Source: Croceivirga thetidis
Lineage (GTDB): Bacteria; Bacteroidota; Bacteroidia; Flavobacteriales; Flavobacteriaceae
Direction: 5' to 3'
Assembly (NCBI RefSeq): GCF_012272815.1
Contig: NZ_JAAWWL010000001.1
Location: forward strand, 1,301,146-1,365,145
DNA: 64,000 nt
The position numbers were made by a program, and so were the translations under genes. Within the stretch, counting starts at the first letter, position 1, and each line of letters starts with the position of its first letter. This document shows positions 32,739 to 42,353 of this stretch, in pieces. A model generated the notes under the pieces. It searched no databases and had not been told where the DNA came from. It worked only from the letters and a program-made list of their open reading frames with translations.

Positions 32739-32767
32739 AGACGGCGGATTTTTCCGCCGTTTTTTTA
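32739..32767. terminator. bidirectional terminator between flotillin (+) and gpsA (-)
   Basis: ACGGCGGA (32741-32748), TTTTT loop, CCGCCGT (32754-32760), then TTTTTT. On the minus strand it follows the gpsA stop. Confidence 0.75.
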
Positions 32768-33766
32768 ACCAGGTTCTGACTCTGAACCGCTTTCTAATTT
32801 TAAAAGCCCTCTGAATGCATCATGAACCGTATTGTCTTCATAAAGCACTTTATAAACCTCTTCTGAAATGGGCATATGAACGTTGTAGTCTTGTGCCAAT
32901 TCCATAACAACTTTAGCAGTTTTCACCCCTTCGGCAACTTCTGACATTTCTTCTATTATCTCATCCAGTTTTTTCCCTTTTCCCAATTGAAAGCCTACAT
33001 GTCGGTTTCGACTTTTGGTACTACTACAGGTCGCAACCAAATCACCCATGCCGGCAAGACCAGCGAAGGTTCTTCGCCGACCACCCATTGCCGTGCCCAA
33101 TCTTGTAAGCTCTGAAAGTCCACGTGTAATAAGAGCTGCTCGAGTATTATCTCCAGCGTTTGCACCATCACCCATTCCTGTAGCAATGGCCATAATGTTC
33201 TTTAACGCACCACCGAGTTCACATCCAATAACATCATTATTCGTGTAAACCCGAAATAGACCTGAATTGAAAACGCCTTGTAGTTTTTTGCCAATCACTT
33301 CATCAACCATGGCAATCACGGCTGCAGCCGCTTGACCATTGTGAATTTCCTTGGCTAGATTTGGACCGGTTAGAACGCCTGTTGGATGCCCAGGTAGGAT
33401 TTCTTCGATAACTTCGGTCATCCTTTTTTTGGTACCCATTTCTAATCCCTTTGAAAGGCTTACAATTGGTATCCAGGGTCTAATATGGGCTTTTGCTGTT
33501 TCCAATACTGTTCTGAAATTTTGTGATGGAATGCCCATTACCAAAACATCAGAATTTTTAACGGTTTCTTCTATTGAAGCTGAGGCTTTAAGATTTTTGT
33601 TAAGGAGTGCTCCCGGAAGGTATTTTGAATTGGTGCGATGTTCGTTGATTTCATTAACGGTATTTTCGTTTCGTGCCCAAATAGTAGTATTTGCATTCCG
33701 GGCAGTTAAGGAGGCAACTGTGGTTCCCCAAGATCCTCCTCCCAACAATCCAACATTTAATGGCAT
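32765..33766 (-). CDS. gpsA: NAD(P)H-dependent glycerol-3-phosphate dehydrogenase
   Basis: VGLLGGGSWGTT Rossmann motif, GpsA-like length. The ORF-track start at 33781 is TTG; the ATG at 33766 (MPLNVGLLGGGSWG) is the likely start. Confidence 0.85.
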   Translation of the reverse strand: MPLNVGLLGGGSWGTTVASLTARNANTTIWARNENTVNEINEHRTNSKYLPGALLNKNLKASASIEETVKNSDVLVMGIPSQNFRTVLETAKAHIRPWIPIVSLSKGLEMGTKKRMTEVIEEILPGHPTGVLTGPNLAKEIHNGQAAAAVIAMVDEVIGKKLQGVFNSGLFRVYTNNDVIGCELGGALKNIMAIATGMGDGANAGDNTRAALITRGLSELTRLGTAMGGRRRTFAGLAGMGDLVATCSSTKSRNRHVGFQLGKGKKLDEIIEEMSEVAEGVKTAKVVMELAQDYNVHMPISEEVYKVLYEDNTVHDAFRGLLKLESGSESEPG

Positions 33767-33808
33767 AGGCAATGGTTTCAAAGTGGATTGCTTGAGAAGG
33801 CAATCCTA

Positions 33809-36800
33809 TTAGTTATTCAGTTCAGCTACGAACAGGTCCCTTACCTGTTCTACGTATTTATCCAAATCTTTCAATTTCCATAGTCCAGTATCCACGGGTT
33901 CCAAAACGACAACTTCTATATGGGTAGGACGTAATAATTTGGCACCTTTCGGCATAGCCTGGTATGCATTTTTGATAACTATTGGAATGATTGGAACTCC
34001 AGCTTGTATGGCCAAATGAAATGCACCTTTTTTGAACTTGCCCAGCTCTGCTGTACCACTTCTTGTACCTTCAGGGGCAATAGCGACTGAAATCCCACTT
34101 TTTAAGGCATCCACTGCTGGTTTCATGGCCTCTATAGCCTTGGCTTTGTTACTTCTGTCTATATAGATAGCACCTAGGGCCTTAAATATTGGACCAATTG
34201 GGCTTTTCTCCAATTCCTTTTTAGCTACACCTGTAAAATCATTACGGAGCAACTTCATCACAATAAAAAAGTCTGCTGCACTTTGATGGTTAAAGCAAAA
34301 AACAGCTGGACGAAAATCGGTCAGGTAGCGTTTTCCCCGAACTGAAATCTGCAACCCAGCAAGTCTGGTACCCAAATCCCCAATGGTTGCAAAGGTAGTA
34401 TTGGCAGCTTCTTGTCTTGACATTGTAGTCAAGCCTTTAATTGCTCCCCTTACCGCTGAAGGATAGATGCTAGCGACCGCCAAGCCCGTACGAAGACCGT
34501 TCACCACAGATTTTTCTTGTGGTTCTTCAAATCTTAGAATTGGCCAATCGTTTTCAAAAGCAACTTGTGACAAGGCGTTATCTGGATTTACGGCAACGGG
34601 CTTTCCTACTATCTTGAATAAGGGATAATCATCAAAGCTGTCCGAGTAAAAATAACTTTTAGAAAGGTCAATATCGTTATCTCGAGCAAATGAACGGGCT
34701 GCTTTGGCCTTACCTTCACCCCAACACATTTCTTCGATTCGACCCGTGAACTTCCCGTTTTGCAGCTCCATTCTGGTGCAGTATATATCAGATATACCCA
34801 GCTCTTTGGCTATCGGCGCAACTTGATACGCGGTGGCAGCCGAAACGATTACCACGCGGTGCCCTTTTTCTAAATGTTTTTCAATCAGTTTTCTTGACTC
34901 AGGATAAATGGTTGCGGCTAAAAACTCGTCATAGACATCCTGCCCTACATCGTAGAATACCTTTTCTGGAATTCCCTTGACCCCTAGGGCTGCAATTTTG
35001 GTTAATACCTCAAAATCTCGATTTCCAAATGAATACACCAGCGCTGTAATAAACTGTGTGATGTATTCTTTTGGGGTGGTTTCACCGCTAAATAATCTTG
35101 TTCGTACAAATCGTTTGGCAGAAAAGTCGTTAATCAGTGTACGGTCCAAATCAAAATAAGCAGCGATATGATTTCCTTCCTCTTCTTCAAGTGTTTCTTT
35201 TTTCGAATGTATTGTAGAAGCTTGCGGAACCAATAATTTCTTACTGGATATCAAGTCCATGCTTTTTTCGCTTGGTTCTACCTCAAATTCATTGAGGTAG
35301 GTGAGTCTGGTGGTAAGGTCTTCAAGTTGAACCATCCACTCTTCAAGACCTTTTTGGTTTATATGCTGTTGTTTTAGTCCAAGACCTGCATTTTCGGCAA
35401 AACGATAAGCGTTCTGCAAGAATGGTTTTGAAACGCTATCCAATCTTGTGATTCTACTTTGCCAATGCAGTTCTTTTCCTTTGAACATGCAAAGCTCCAG
35501 GAAATCATCTTCCGAATATGGGTCTTCATTGTCCCAATTGAGTAGGGTATAGCAAACAACTTTGTAAGCATCTAAATAAGACAGGAGCAGTGCCCTTGAA
35601 ATGAACAAGTGCTGTTTTTTAAGTATTTCAGAAATATCCCTTGAGGAATCACTTAGGATATCGCGCCAATCTTTATGAAACCGAAATAGTTCCTCTTCAA
35701 TTTCTTCACTGAATTTTGCCTTATTAGTATAGAAAAATTCGAATTTAAATAGATTTCTGAGGTTCATGATTTCCTCCCAGAAATGAACAATTCTGTTGTC
35801 TGAAGTATCATCCTTGATTTTAGCCAAGGCCATCTCTACAAAAGCTGAATGATACAAATGCCCCGCGGTCATATTTGCATAATAAGTAGCAGGAAGGTAT
35901 TCTGATGAAACAATGCTGTACTGTGCTTTTTGACCGGCCCTGCTTTTTTGTAGAATATTTGCCCCTTGTAGCAGATTTAAAGCTTTTTGGACGCTTACAG
36001 CTATAGGGAAACCCCTATCCATCAAGGCGTTTTCTTGTTTTTTACCGATGTACTCCATTAACCGCTTCACCTTGAATTCGATTTCCTTTTTGGTCAAGGC
36101 AAAATCATTCAATAAAACCGTACATATTAGCGAAACAGTTGATACTGGTGTTATTCTTGACATTCTGGTGATTACATCAAATGCAAAAAAGGGCAGTGTA
36201 TTTTTATTTGCATAGCTGTCTTCACTTAATTGAGGTACGGTAACATTGTGTGTTTCATCAATTTCAACGGGGTCGCCAAACCGTATTGCAGCGCGGCCAT
36301 AATCACTGCCAAGACTTCGAACATATTTAACACCTTCAGCTAGGTTTTCAGATTTCTTTTTGGCGCCACGACCTTGTTGGGTCATTTCTTTAACATCAGG
36401 GATGAGGTCGTAAACAATGGAAACCGGCACATATTTTATGGCCCTTGAACTCTGTTTTTCGGCGTCCATTATGTATTTGAGAATACCCATTTGCGGATGC
36501 AGAATCTTACCGGTTCTAGAACGGGTACCTTCAATATTCCATGTAAGGTGATCGCCTTTATCGATGATGGTCGAAATGTAATGCCTAAGCGTTACTTTGT
36601 AAACAGGATTATCTTTAAAACTTCGCCTTATAAATACGATACCTGCACTTTTCCCTAATTGTTTCATACCAGGGAAAGCCAAATTGATTCCACCAAAAGA
36701 ATAGGGAACGGGCATACCGTATCGGGCCAATGTTGCTATCAAAACCAAGGTGTCTAAGTAGGTCTTGTGCGTCATGATGAATGCAACGGAATTCAACCGC

Positions 36801-37051
36801 ATTAACTTCATCAATTTTTTTATCCCCTTTGGGTCAACATCTATTTTTTCGCTGTAAGCACGAGATAGGATGTAATCGAAGCCTTTGACCGATACCATTT
36901 TGGCAATAGGATGTTGCTCGGCATATAGTTCTCTGATATACTCTGTGGCTTCTTTTTGGACTTCTTTGAAATCGAGCTTATGTTCTTTGGCGGTTTGCCT
37001 TAAGACTTCTTGAAATTTTTCATTCTTTATGATATTGTCCATACTGCCCAA
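33809..37051 (-). CDS. tri-domain fusion: PlsB-type glycerol-3-phosphate acyltransferase + HAD-IB phosphatase + PlsC-type lysophosphatidate acyltransferase
   Basis: N-terminal domain has PlsB blocks I-IV: AFIMTHKTYLDTLVL (HxxxxD), GIVFIRRSF, WNIEGTRSRTGKIL, KYVPVSIVYD. The middle domain has HAD motifs: YFDLDRTLI (DxDxT), VVIVSAAT, a conserved Lys region, SDSFDD. The C-terminal domain has PlsC blocks: FCFNHQSAADFFI, AIYIDRSN, IAPEGTRS, VPIIPIVI. 1080 aa. The track start at 37051 is TTG; an ATG at 37042 is the likely start. Confidence 0.85.
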   Translation of the reverse strand: MGSMDNIIKNEKFQEVLRQTAKEHKLDFKEVQKEATEYIRELYAEQHPIAKMVSVKGFDYILSRAYSEKIDVDPKGIKKLMKLMRLNSVAFIMTHKTYLDTLVLIATLARYGMPVPYSFGGINLAFPGMKQLGKSAGIVFIRRSFKDNPVYKVTLRHYISTIIDKGDHLTWNIEGTRSRTGKILHPQMGILKYIMDAEKQSSRAIKYVPVSIVYDLIPDVKEMTQQGRGAKKKSENLAEGVKYVRSLGSDYGRAAIRFGDPVEIDETHNVTVPQLSEDSYANKNTLPFFAFDVITRMSRITPVSTVSLICTVLLNDFALTKKEIEFKVKRLMEYIGKKQENALMDRGFPIAVSVQKALNLLQGANILQKSRAGQKAQYSIVSSEYLPATYYANMTAGHLYHSAFVEMALAKIKDDTSDNRIVHFWEEIMNLRNLFKFEFFYTNKAKFSEEIEEELFRFHKDWRDILSDSSRDISEILKKQHLFISRALLLSYLDAYKVVCYTLLNWDNEDPYSEDDFLELCMFKGKELHWQSRITRLDSVSKPFLQNAYRFAENAGLGLKQQHINQKGLEEWMVQLEDLTTRLTYLNEFEVEPSEKSMDLISSKKLLVPQASTIHSKKETLEEEEGNHIAAYFDLDRTLINDFSAKRFVRTRLFSGETTPKEYITQFITALVYSFGNRDFEVLTKIAALGVKGIPEKVFYDVGQDVYDEFLAATIYPESRKLIEKHLEKGHRVVIVSAATAYQVAPIAKELGISDIYCTRMELQNGKFTGRIEEMCWGEGKAKAARSFARDNDIDLSKSYFYSDSFDDYPLFKIVGKPVAVNPDNALSQVAFENDWPILRFEEPQEKSVVNGLRTGLAVASIYPSAVRGAIKGLTTMSRQEAANTTFATIGDLGTRLAGLQISVRGKRYLTDFRPAVFCFNHQSAADFFIVMKLLRNDFTGVAKKELEKSPIGPIFKALGAIYIDRSNKAKAIEAMKPAVDALKSGISVAIAPEGTRSGTAELGKFKKGAFHLAIQAGVPIIPIVIKNAYQAMPKGAKLLRPTHIEVVVLEPVDTGLWKLKDLDKYVEQVRDLFVAELNN

Positions 37052-37063
37052 AACCGTTAACTC

Positions 37064-38254
37064 CTAATTTAAGAAAAACAAACTTCTCTTTTTCTTGTTC
37101 CAGTAAAAAGGATAGAGAAAGCGTTCTATGAAAGTTGTAGTGTCTTCAACGGTCCTACCTTCAATGTTGGCTTGCAAGGCATTTGCCGTAATCAATAGCA
37201 CACTGACATTTGCGCCTAATCCTGAATGACTACCATAAACTTCAATGTTGGCAATATCTTTTCTGAAACTTTCTGCTTCCATACAATGTTTCCAAGGCAA
37301 AAGACCGTCGGTTTTTGTATAAATACAGGTTATAGGAACATTGGGTATTGGGTCCAATTCTTCTAAAAAACGCTTGTTTCGCTCTTTTAATGATTTACCC
37401 CTAAAGAATTCAAGAACACCATTCACAGGGGTCTTCATGTCCATAACTCCCCAAACAGGTGAACCAATGGTCACAATTTGCTCAACCATATCAGGATGTC
37501 GGTTGGCCATAATTTTAGCGAAAAGACCACCGCCACTCCAACCCACTATATTGACTTTTTGCCCACGGGTACGAAAAATATCTTCTAGTTTTTCTTCTAG
37601 CCTTGGTATATAATGAGATTTGATCAGGTTGACACCTTGATCCCATTTGTAGGTTTTGAAACCCAAAGAAGTCAAATAGCGACGCACAAATGAGGTTGAA
37701 TAATCATCTCCTAAATAGGGCGGAATCAAAAGAACTGGCCTGCCATCTCCTTTAATTCGTTTTGGTATAAAGGGATAAAATGCATAAATCGATGTCCATT
37801 CTACCAAAGACCTTCCTTCCAATAGCATATTGAAAAGTGGTGGCTTGGGAATCTTTAAATTGATTTGAGCAATTTGACGCTTGAAACTTTCCAGAACATT
37901 TTTGGTGAGTTCAGTTGTTTTCGGATCACTTTTTTCGACAAGATCCTCAACGACATGTTCAAGTATGTTTATCAAGGTATAGTACTCACGGCTCGGCCCA
38001 AGTTCGTCGCAGATTCGTATACATTTTTGAAATGAGGAATTAATATCACTTTCATTATCGAGAGTTAACTTCTTGATAAGAGGAAGTAAATCTTCAGAAT
38101 CTTGATGGTCTTTAAAGTGTTTTGAAAATATTCGTTTCAAGTCTCGAACCGCAAGTTTGTTCTTTTTGCCCAAATGGGTAATGAACTCGATAAAAGCTTC
38201 GTATAAATGCAAATAGTCGTTCATGGTTTGTGGGGGATATGCTTGTTTAGCCAT
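37064..38254 (-). CDS. lipase-like alpha/beta-hydrolase with N-terminal helical domain
   Basis: The C-terminal half carries a nucleophile elbow VNIVGWSGGGLF, a candidate Asp (TKTDGLLPW) and a candidate His (GSHSGLG). An alternative ATG at 38224 would give an ATGA overlap with the upstream gene stop. Confidence 0.55.
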   Translation of the reverse strand: MAKQAYPPQTMNDYLHLYEAFIEFITHLGKKNKLAVRDLKRIFSKHFKDHQDSEDLLPLIKKLTLDNESDINSSFQKCIRICDELGPSREYYTLINILEHVVEDLVEKSDPKTTELTKNVLESFKRQIAQINLKIPKPPLFNMLLEGRSLVEWTSIYAFYPFIPKRIKGDGRPVLLIPPYLGDDYSTSFVRRYLTSLGFKTYKWDQGVNLIKSHYIPRLEEKLEDIFRTRGQKVNIVGWSGGGLFAKIMANRHPDMVEQIVTIGSPVWGVMDMKTPVNGVLEFFRGKSLKERNKRFLEELDPIPNVPITCIYTKTDGLLPWKHCMEAESFRKDIANIEVYGSHSGLGANVSVLLITANALQANIEGRTVEDTTTFIERFLYPFYWNKKKRSLFFLN

Positions 38255-39162
38255 GTAATGATATCTTCTTCGACCTCTTCGCTGTTTATTTCGTTAAGCA
38301 TTTCATGTCGGCCTCCTTTGTAGAGATTGAAAGTCAGTTCATTGTTGCCATTTTCTCTATAATTTTTGGCAACTTTAGTGACCCCCTTGCCCATTTCTCC
38401 AACGGGATCCTCATCTCCTGAAAATATCAGTATAGGGAGGTCATCAGGGGTACTTATAAAGGCTTCAGGTTTATTCAATTGTCGCGAATTGGTCAATATG
38501 TCTGCAAAAACGCCAATTGAAAAATTTTCTATTCGATAAGGGTCGGCTTCAAAAATATCAACTGCAGTTTCATCACTACTTATCCAATCAAGTTTGGTTC
38601 TATTGGGTTTGAATTTTTTATTGAATTCATCAAAAAAGAATGCCCTTAAGGTTTCGTTGCTTCGTTCCCTACCTCTGAAAGCACTAACAAGTTTTGTGCT
38701 TGCCAGCCCAAAATGACCGAGTCCTTTTATAAAATTTGCGGTTCCTGATAAAATAAGAGCGTCAATATCCGAGCCGTGTTCTAGTACATATTTACGACTT
38801 AGCAAAGATCCCATGCTATGCCCAAATAGAATAAACTTCGTGTTAGGGTGTTCCTGGCACATCAATGTAGTCAAAGAATGCATATCTGCAACAGCATCCC
38901 CAAAATAATCGTCGCCATCATAATAACCGAACAATCGTTTTATTTCGGCAGTTTTTCCATGGGCGCGATGGTCGTTCGCATACACAGTAAAACCTTCTTT
39001 TTGTAAGCGATTTGCTATGGTTTCATACCTGCCCGCATGTTCACCTATACCATGTGCAATTTGAATAACACCTCTAAGAACAGTCCCTTCTGCTGCCTCC
39101 CATTTATAGTAGCAGATGACTTCCCCATCCTTGGCGGTAAATGTATTTGTTTTGTAAGGCAT
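38221..39162 (-). CDS. alpha/beta hydrolase, lysophospholipase / monoacylglycerol-lipase family
   Basis: HGIGEHAGRY and GHSMGS motifs typical of the Hydrolase_4 / lysophospholipase L2 / MGL family. 313 aa. ATG confirmed. Confidence 0.7.
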   Translation of the reverse strand: MPYKTNTFTAKDGEVICYYKWEAAEGTVLRGVIQIAHGIGEHAGRYETIANRLQKEGFTVYANDHRAHGKTAEIKRLFGYYDGDDYFGDAVADMHSLTTLMCQEHPNTKFILFGHSMGSLLSRKYVLEHGSDIDALILSGTANFIKGLGHFGLASTKLVSAFRGRERSNETLRAFFFDEFNKKFKPNRTKLDWISSDETAVDIFEADPYRIENFSIGVFADILTNSRQLNKPEAFISTPDDLPILIFSGDEDPVGEMGKGVTKVAKNYRENGNNELTFNLYKGGRHEMLNEINSEEVEEDIITWLNKHIPHKP

Positions 39163-39164
39163 CT

Positions 39165-41003
39165 TTATCTGCTTAAAAAGGCTTTGATGAGGTTACTAAA
39201 CTTTCGCTTATCGGCAACAGTTCCTGAAAGTTTAAGGCGCTGTTGAATTTTAAGCTCGTCGAAAAGAAATTTTTTCTTGTAAAGTGCGTAGAGATTTTCA
39301 TCCTCAATTTCCATGAGCATTTTTGGATCTAGTGCTGTTGTCTTTTTAATTGAAATAGGTTCTTTAGTCAAGTCAATTTCCCAACATTCGCTACTTTCTC
39401 CCATATCAACCCCAATATGATATAGGCCTTTATATTTTTTTACGAGAGCGGTTTCTTTCTTGAGGTATCTTTTTAATGCGTTGAAAAATACGGTGCTCTC
39501 ACTCTTTTTCTTAGCCTCTTTTGCAGGTGTTTTTTTCTTATCCCTTGCTAAGATTAATTTTTCCAATTCATTTGCTGACTCTCGAATGTATCTGGAGAAC
39601 AAATAGGCATCTGGCATTGTCTTCGCATCAGATGTCGGTGTAATACTTATATTGCCGTTATAGCTAAAAGCCGCGATAATCAGTCCAAAACCATTGACCA
39701 CCGGAGTCAACGGAAACATAGCTACCACTTTATGGCCGTTGAGGTACAACGTATTTTTTGGTCCAGGCACATTGGTGATGGTGACATTAAAAGGTGGCCT
39801 GTGTAGGTCTTTAATATTGTACTTGCTGTAGATACGTGCCGCTAAATTGGCCAAGCCGAATGGAACCGCATCTGCCATTTTTACCAAGGTTTTTGCACCC
39901 ATAGTTTTATGCCTTGCTTTACCAAGCATTGTCTGTTCTTGTATATATTCCAGACGTTCCAATGGTTCTTCAATATGCGTGGCCAGCTGAATCATCATAT
40001 TGGCTATTTGGTTGTTATGCGAAGTATCGTTTTCGGCGCGTATTGAAATCGGAACATTAGCGACCAATGGCTGCATTGGTAATTTTTCTTTTTCAAGTAG
40101 ATATCTGCGCAAAGCTCCGGCACAAATGGCAAGCACAACATCATTAATACTACCACCAGCCAGTTTTCGTAGACCATTCACCCTATCAAAAGACAGAATT
40201 GCGGTGCCCCAAGTTCTTTTTGGCGAAATATTTCCATTAAAAATGGTATTTGGCACAGGATATCTTGCCGTTGCAAATTCCTTTTGGATACTTAGCGTTT
40301 TAGAAGCTCTTGTTTTGACAAGCGCAATTGCGGTGTTGGCAACGGATTTGGGTAGTTTTAGGGGGTTTTTAAAAAAACCGTAGCTACTTTTTAGTAGCAA
40401 ACTCAAGTCGTCAGGCAGCGGATCTGGTTGAAATTTTTTGATTTTTGATTTGTCGATGGGCTTTACTTTATCATCTTTCTCAAACAAAGTTCCTAAAAGA
40501 CCTACGCCTGAACTTCCATCAATCATTACATGATGAACTTTACTTACAATGGCAACAGAGCCTTTGGGCACTTGTGGGATTTCGTCAATACCCTCAATAA
40601 AATGAATTGACCAAAGGGGTCTTCTCAAATCGAGGGGAGCACTGAAAATTCGTGAGGTTGTTCTACGCAAAGACTCCCAATTTGAGGGATCTGCCAACTT
40701 CATGCGGTTGAGATGAAGATCTAATTCAAAATTTGGATCATCAACCCAATATGGATAATCCAAATCCATGGGAACACGCATTAAACGCTGTCTAAATTTT
40801 GGCATTAAATGTAGCTTCGAAGCAACAATTTTTTTGAAGTCCTTGAAATTAAGTGAACCTTCAACAACCAATAGCGTGGCAATATGCATCGGACTTGTGG
40901 GAGACTCGGCATAAAGAAAGGTTGCATCGGTACCTGAGACTTGTTCGTATTTGCCTTCCAACACCTCTTGTGCAATATCTTTAAAATCAATTTTTGATGC
41001 CAT
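39165..41003 (-). CDS. wax ester synthase / acyl-CoA:diacylglycerol acyltransferase (WS/DGAT) fused to C-terminal SCP2-like lipid-binding domain
   Basis: HHVMIDGSSG (HHxxxDG catalytic motif), the ATFLYAES...PMHIATLL N-terminal block, PKFRQRL, PYWVDD, LDLRRPLWSIHFIEG. The last roughly 130 aa (GLYHIGVDMGESSECWEIDLTKEP...KLSG) match an SCP2 sterol-carrier fold pattern. 612 aa versus about 460 aa for a typical WS/DGAT. Confidence 0.85.
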   Translation of the reverse strand: MASKIDFKDIAQEVLEGKYEQVSGTDATFLYAESPTSPMHIATLLVVEGSLNFKDFKKIVASKLHLMPKFRQRLMRVPMDLDYPYWVDDPNFELDLHLNRMKLADPSNWESLRRTTSRIFSAPLDLRRPLWSIHFIEGIDEIPQVPKGSVAIVSKVHHVMIDGSSGVGLLGTLFEKDDKVKPIDKSKIKKFQPDPLPDDLSLLLKSSYGFFKNPLKLPKSVANTAIALVKTRASKTLSIQKEFATARYPVPNTIFNGNISPKRTWGTAILSFDRVNGLRKLAGGSINDVVLAICAGALRRYLLEKEKLPMQPLVANVPISIRAENDTSHNNQIANMMIQLATHIEEPLERLEYIQEQTMLGKARHKTMGAKTLVKMADAVPFGLANLAARIYSKYNIKDLHRPPFNVTITNVPGPKNTLYLNGHKVVAMFPLTPVVNGFGLIIAAFSYNGNISITPTSDAKTMPDAYLFSRYIRESANELEKLILARDKKKTPAKEAKKKSESTVFFNALKRYLKKETALVKKYKGLYHIGVDMGESSECWEIDLTKEPISIKKTTALDPKMLMEIEDENLYALYKKKFLFDELKIQQRLKLSGTVADKRKFSNLIKAFLSR

Positions 41004-41015
41004 TGGTCAGTTGTT

Positions 41016-42353
41016 TTATGCTACTCGCGAACGGTTCTTTTTTTGTAAGCTAGTATAATTATTGATGCCTATATTTTCTGCTTTGAGTTCAAACATTAAA
41101 CTAAATAGGCCAAAAAATGTTCTATTTAGATAAATAATGTGTCTTGAACCCCTATTGGCGTTCATTTTTCTAACATTTGAAGACTTCATGTAATGCTCAC
41201 CTAAAGCTGAAATTCTTTCGAATAATGATTGGTCTGAAAAGTCGAAAGTTTCGCTTTGAAAAGGTTGTGTAAAACATTCAAGTACCTCGTAGAACATTTT
41301 GGTAAAAAACTCAAGTTCTTCTTCAGAATCTTCAGTCTTCAACACTTCAAGGGCCAAAAGATTTTTTCGAAAACTCTTTTCGTTATTTATAACATCTGCT
41401 TTAAAAAGTTCGAAATACGGCGTATAAAATTCATTTGGAATTTCTTTCATACAACCAAAATCAAGTGCAATCACCTCGTTTTTATCCGAAACAAGAAAAT
41501 TTCCAGGGTGAGGATCTGCATGAACTTTGCGCAATTCATGCAATTGGTACATGTAAAAATCCCAAAGTGTTTGGCCAACTTTGTTCGAAGCCTTTTGGTC
41601 AGTATTTGATTTAATAAATTCAGAAAGATGCTTACCATTCATCCAATCCATTGTAATAATGTCAGAAGAAGAGTATTCAGGGTAGTACTTAGGAAATCTC
41701 AAATTTGGAATATGTTGACATGAACTTGCGACCTCTTGGCTTTGTTTTAGCTCCAAGACATAATCCGTTTCTTCTACAAGCTTGTTTTCAACTTCCTTGA
41801 AATATTTCTCTGAATGTTCTCCCTTGATGTTGAACATTTTCATAGCAACAGGTTTCACAATTGCTAAATCGGATTGAATACTTTCGGCTACACCAGGGTA
41901 TTGGATTTTTACGGCAAGGGTCTTACCATTTTTTTCAGCTTGATGTACCTGTCCAATACTTGCAGCATTAATTGCTTCATTACCAAATTTGTCGAATAAT
42001 TGGTTTGGATACTTACCGAATGATTTTCTGAAGGTTTTGAGAACCAAAGGAGCAGAAAGCGGAGGAACTGAAAATTGGGAAAGGGAAAATTTCTCTACAA
42101 AAGCCTTGGGCATAATGTTCTTTTCCATGCTCATCATTTGTGCCATTTTCAGGGCACTTCCCTTCAATGTTTTTAAACTATCATAGATATCGTTCGCGTT
42201 GTTTTCATCAAGACGTTCCTTAGCCTTCTCTTCAGAATTGACCATCTTGTCGCCATAATATTTCAAATAATTTACACCAACTTTAGCACCCGTTTTTACT
42301 AGTTTGGAAGTGCGTTGCAGCTTTGAAATCGGTATTTTTTTCGATGTCTTCAT
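41016..42353 (-). CDS. ABC1/UbiB (AarF) atypical protein kinase family protein
   Basis: AASIGQVHQAEKNGKTLAVKIQYPGV and ADPHPGNF are ABC1-kinase signatures. 445 aa. ATGA overlap with the upstream TetR-like gene. Confidence 0.8.
   Translation of the reverse strand: MKTSKKIPISKLQRTSKLVKTGAKVGVNYLKYYGDKMVNSEEKAKERLDENNANDIYDSLKTLKGSALKMAQMMSMEKNIMPKAFVEKFSLSQFSVPPLSAPLVLKTFRKSFGKYPNQLFDKFGNEAINAASIGQVHQAEKNGKTLAVKIQYPGVAESIQSDLAIVKPVAMKMFNIKGEHSEKYFKEVENKLVEETDYVLELKQSQEVASSCQHIPNLRFPKYYPEYSSSDIITMDWMNGKHLSEFIKSNTDQKASNKVGQTLWDFYMYQLHELRKVHADPHPGNFLVSDKNEVIALDFGCMKEIPNEFYTPYFELFKADVINNEKSFRKNLLALEVLKTEDSEEELEFFTKMFYEVLECFTQPFQSETFDFSDQSLFERISALGEHYMKSSNVRKMNANRGSRHIIYLNRTFFGLFSLMFELKAENIGINNYTSLQKKNRSRVA

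Noticed and set aside
40000-41609. Plus-strand ORFs 40000..40383 and 41256..41609
   Set aside because: They lie inside the WS/DGAT and ABC1 kinase genes respectively. Neither has a domain signature or operon logic.
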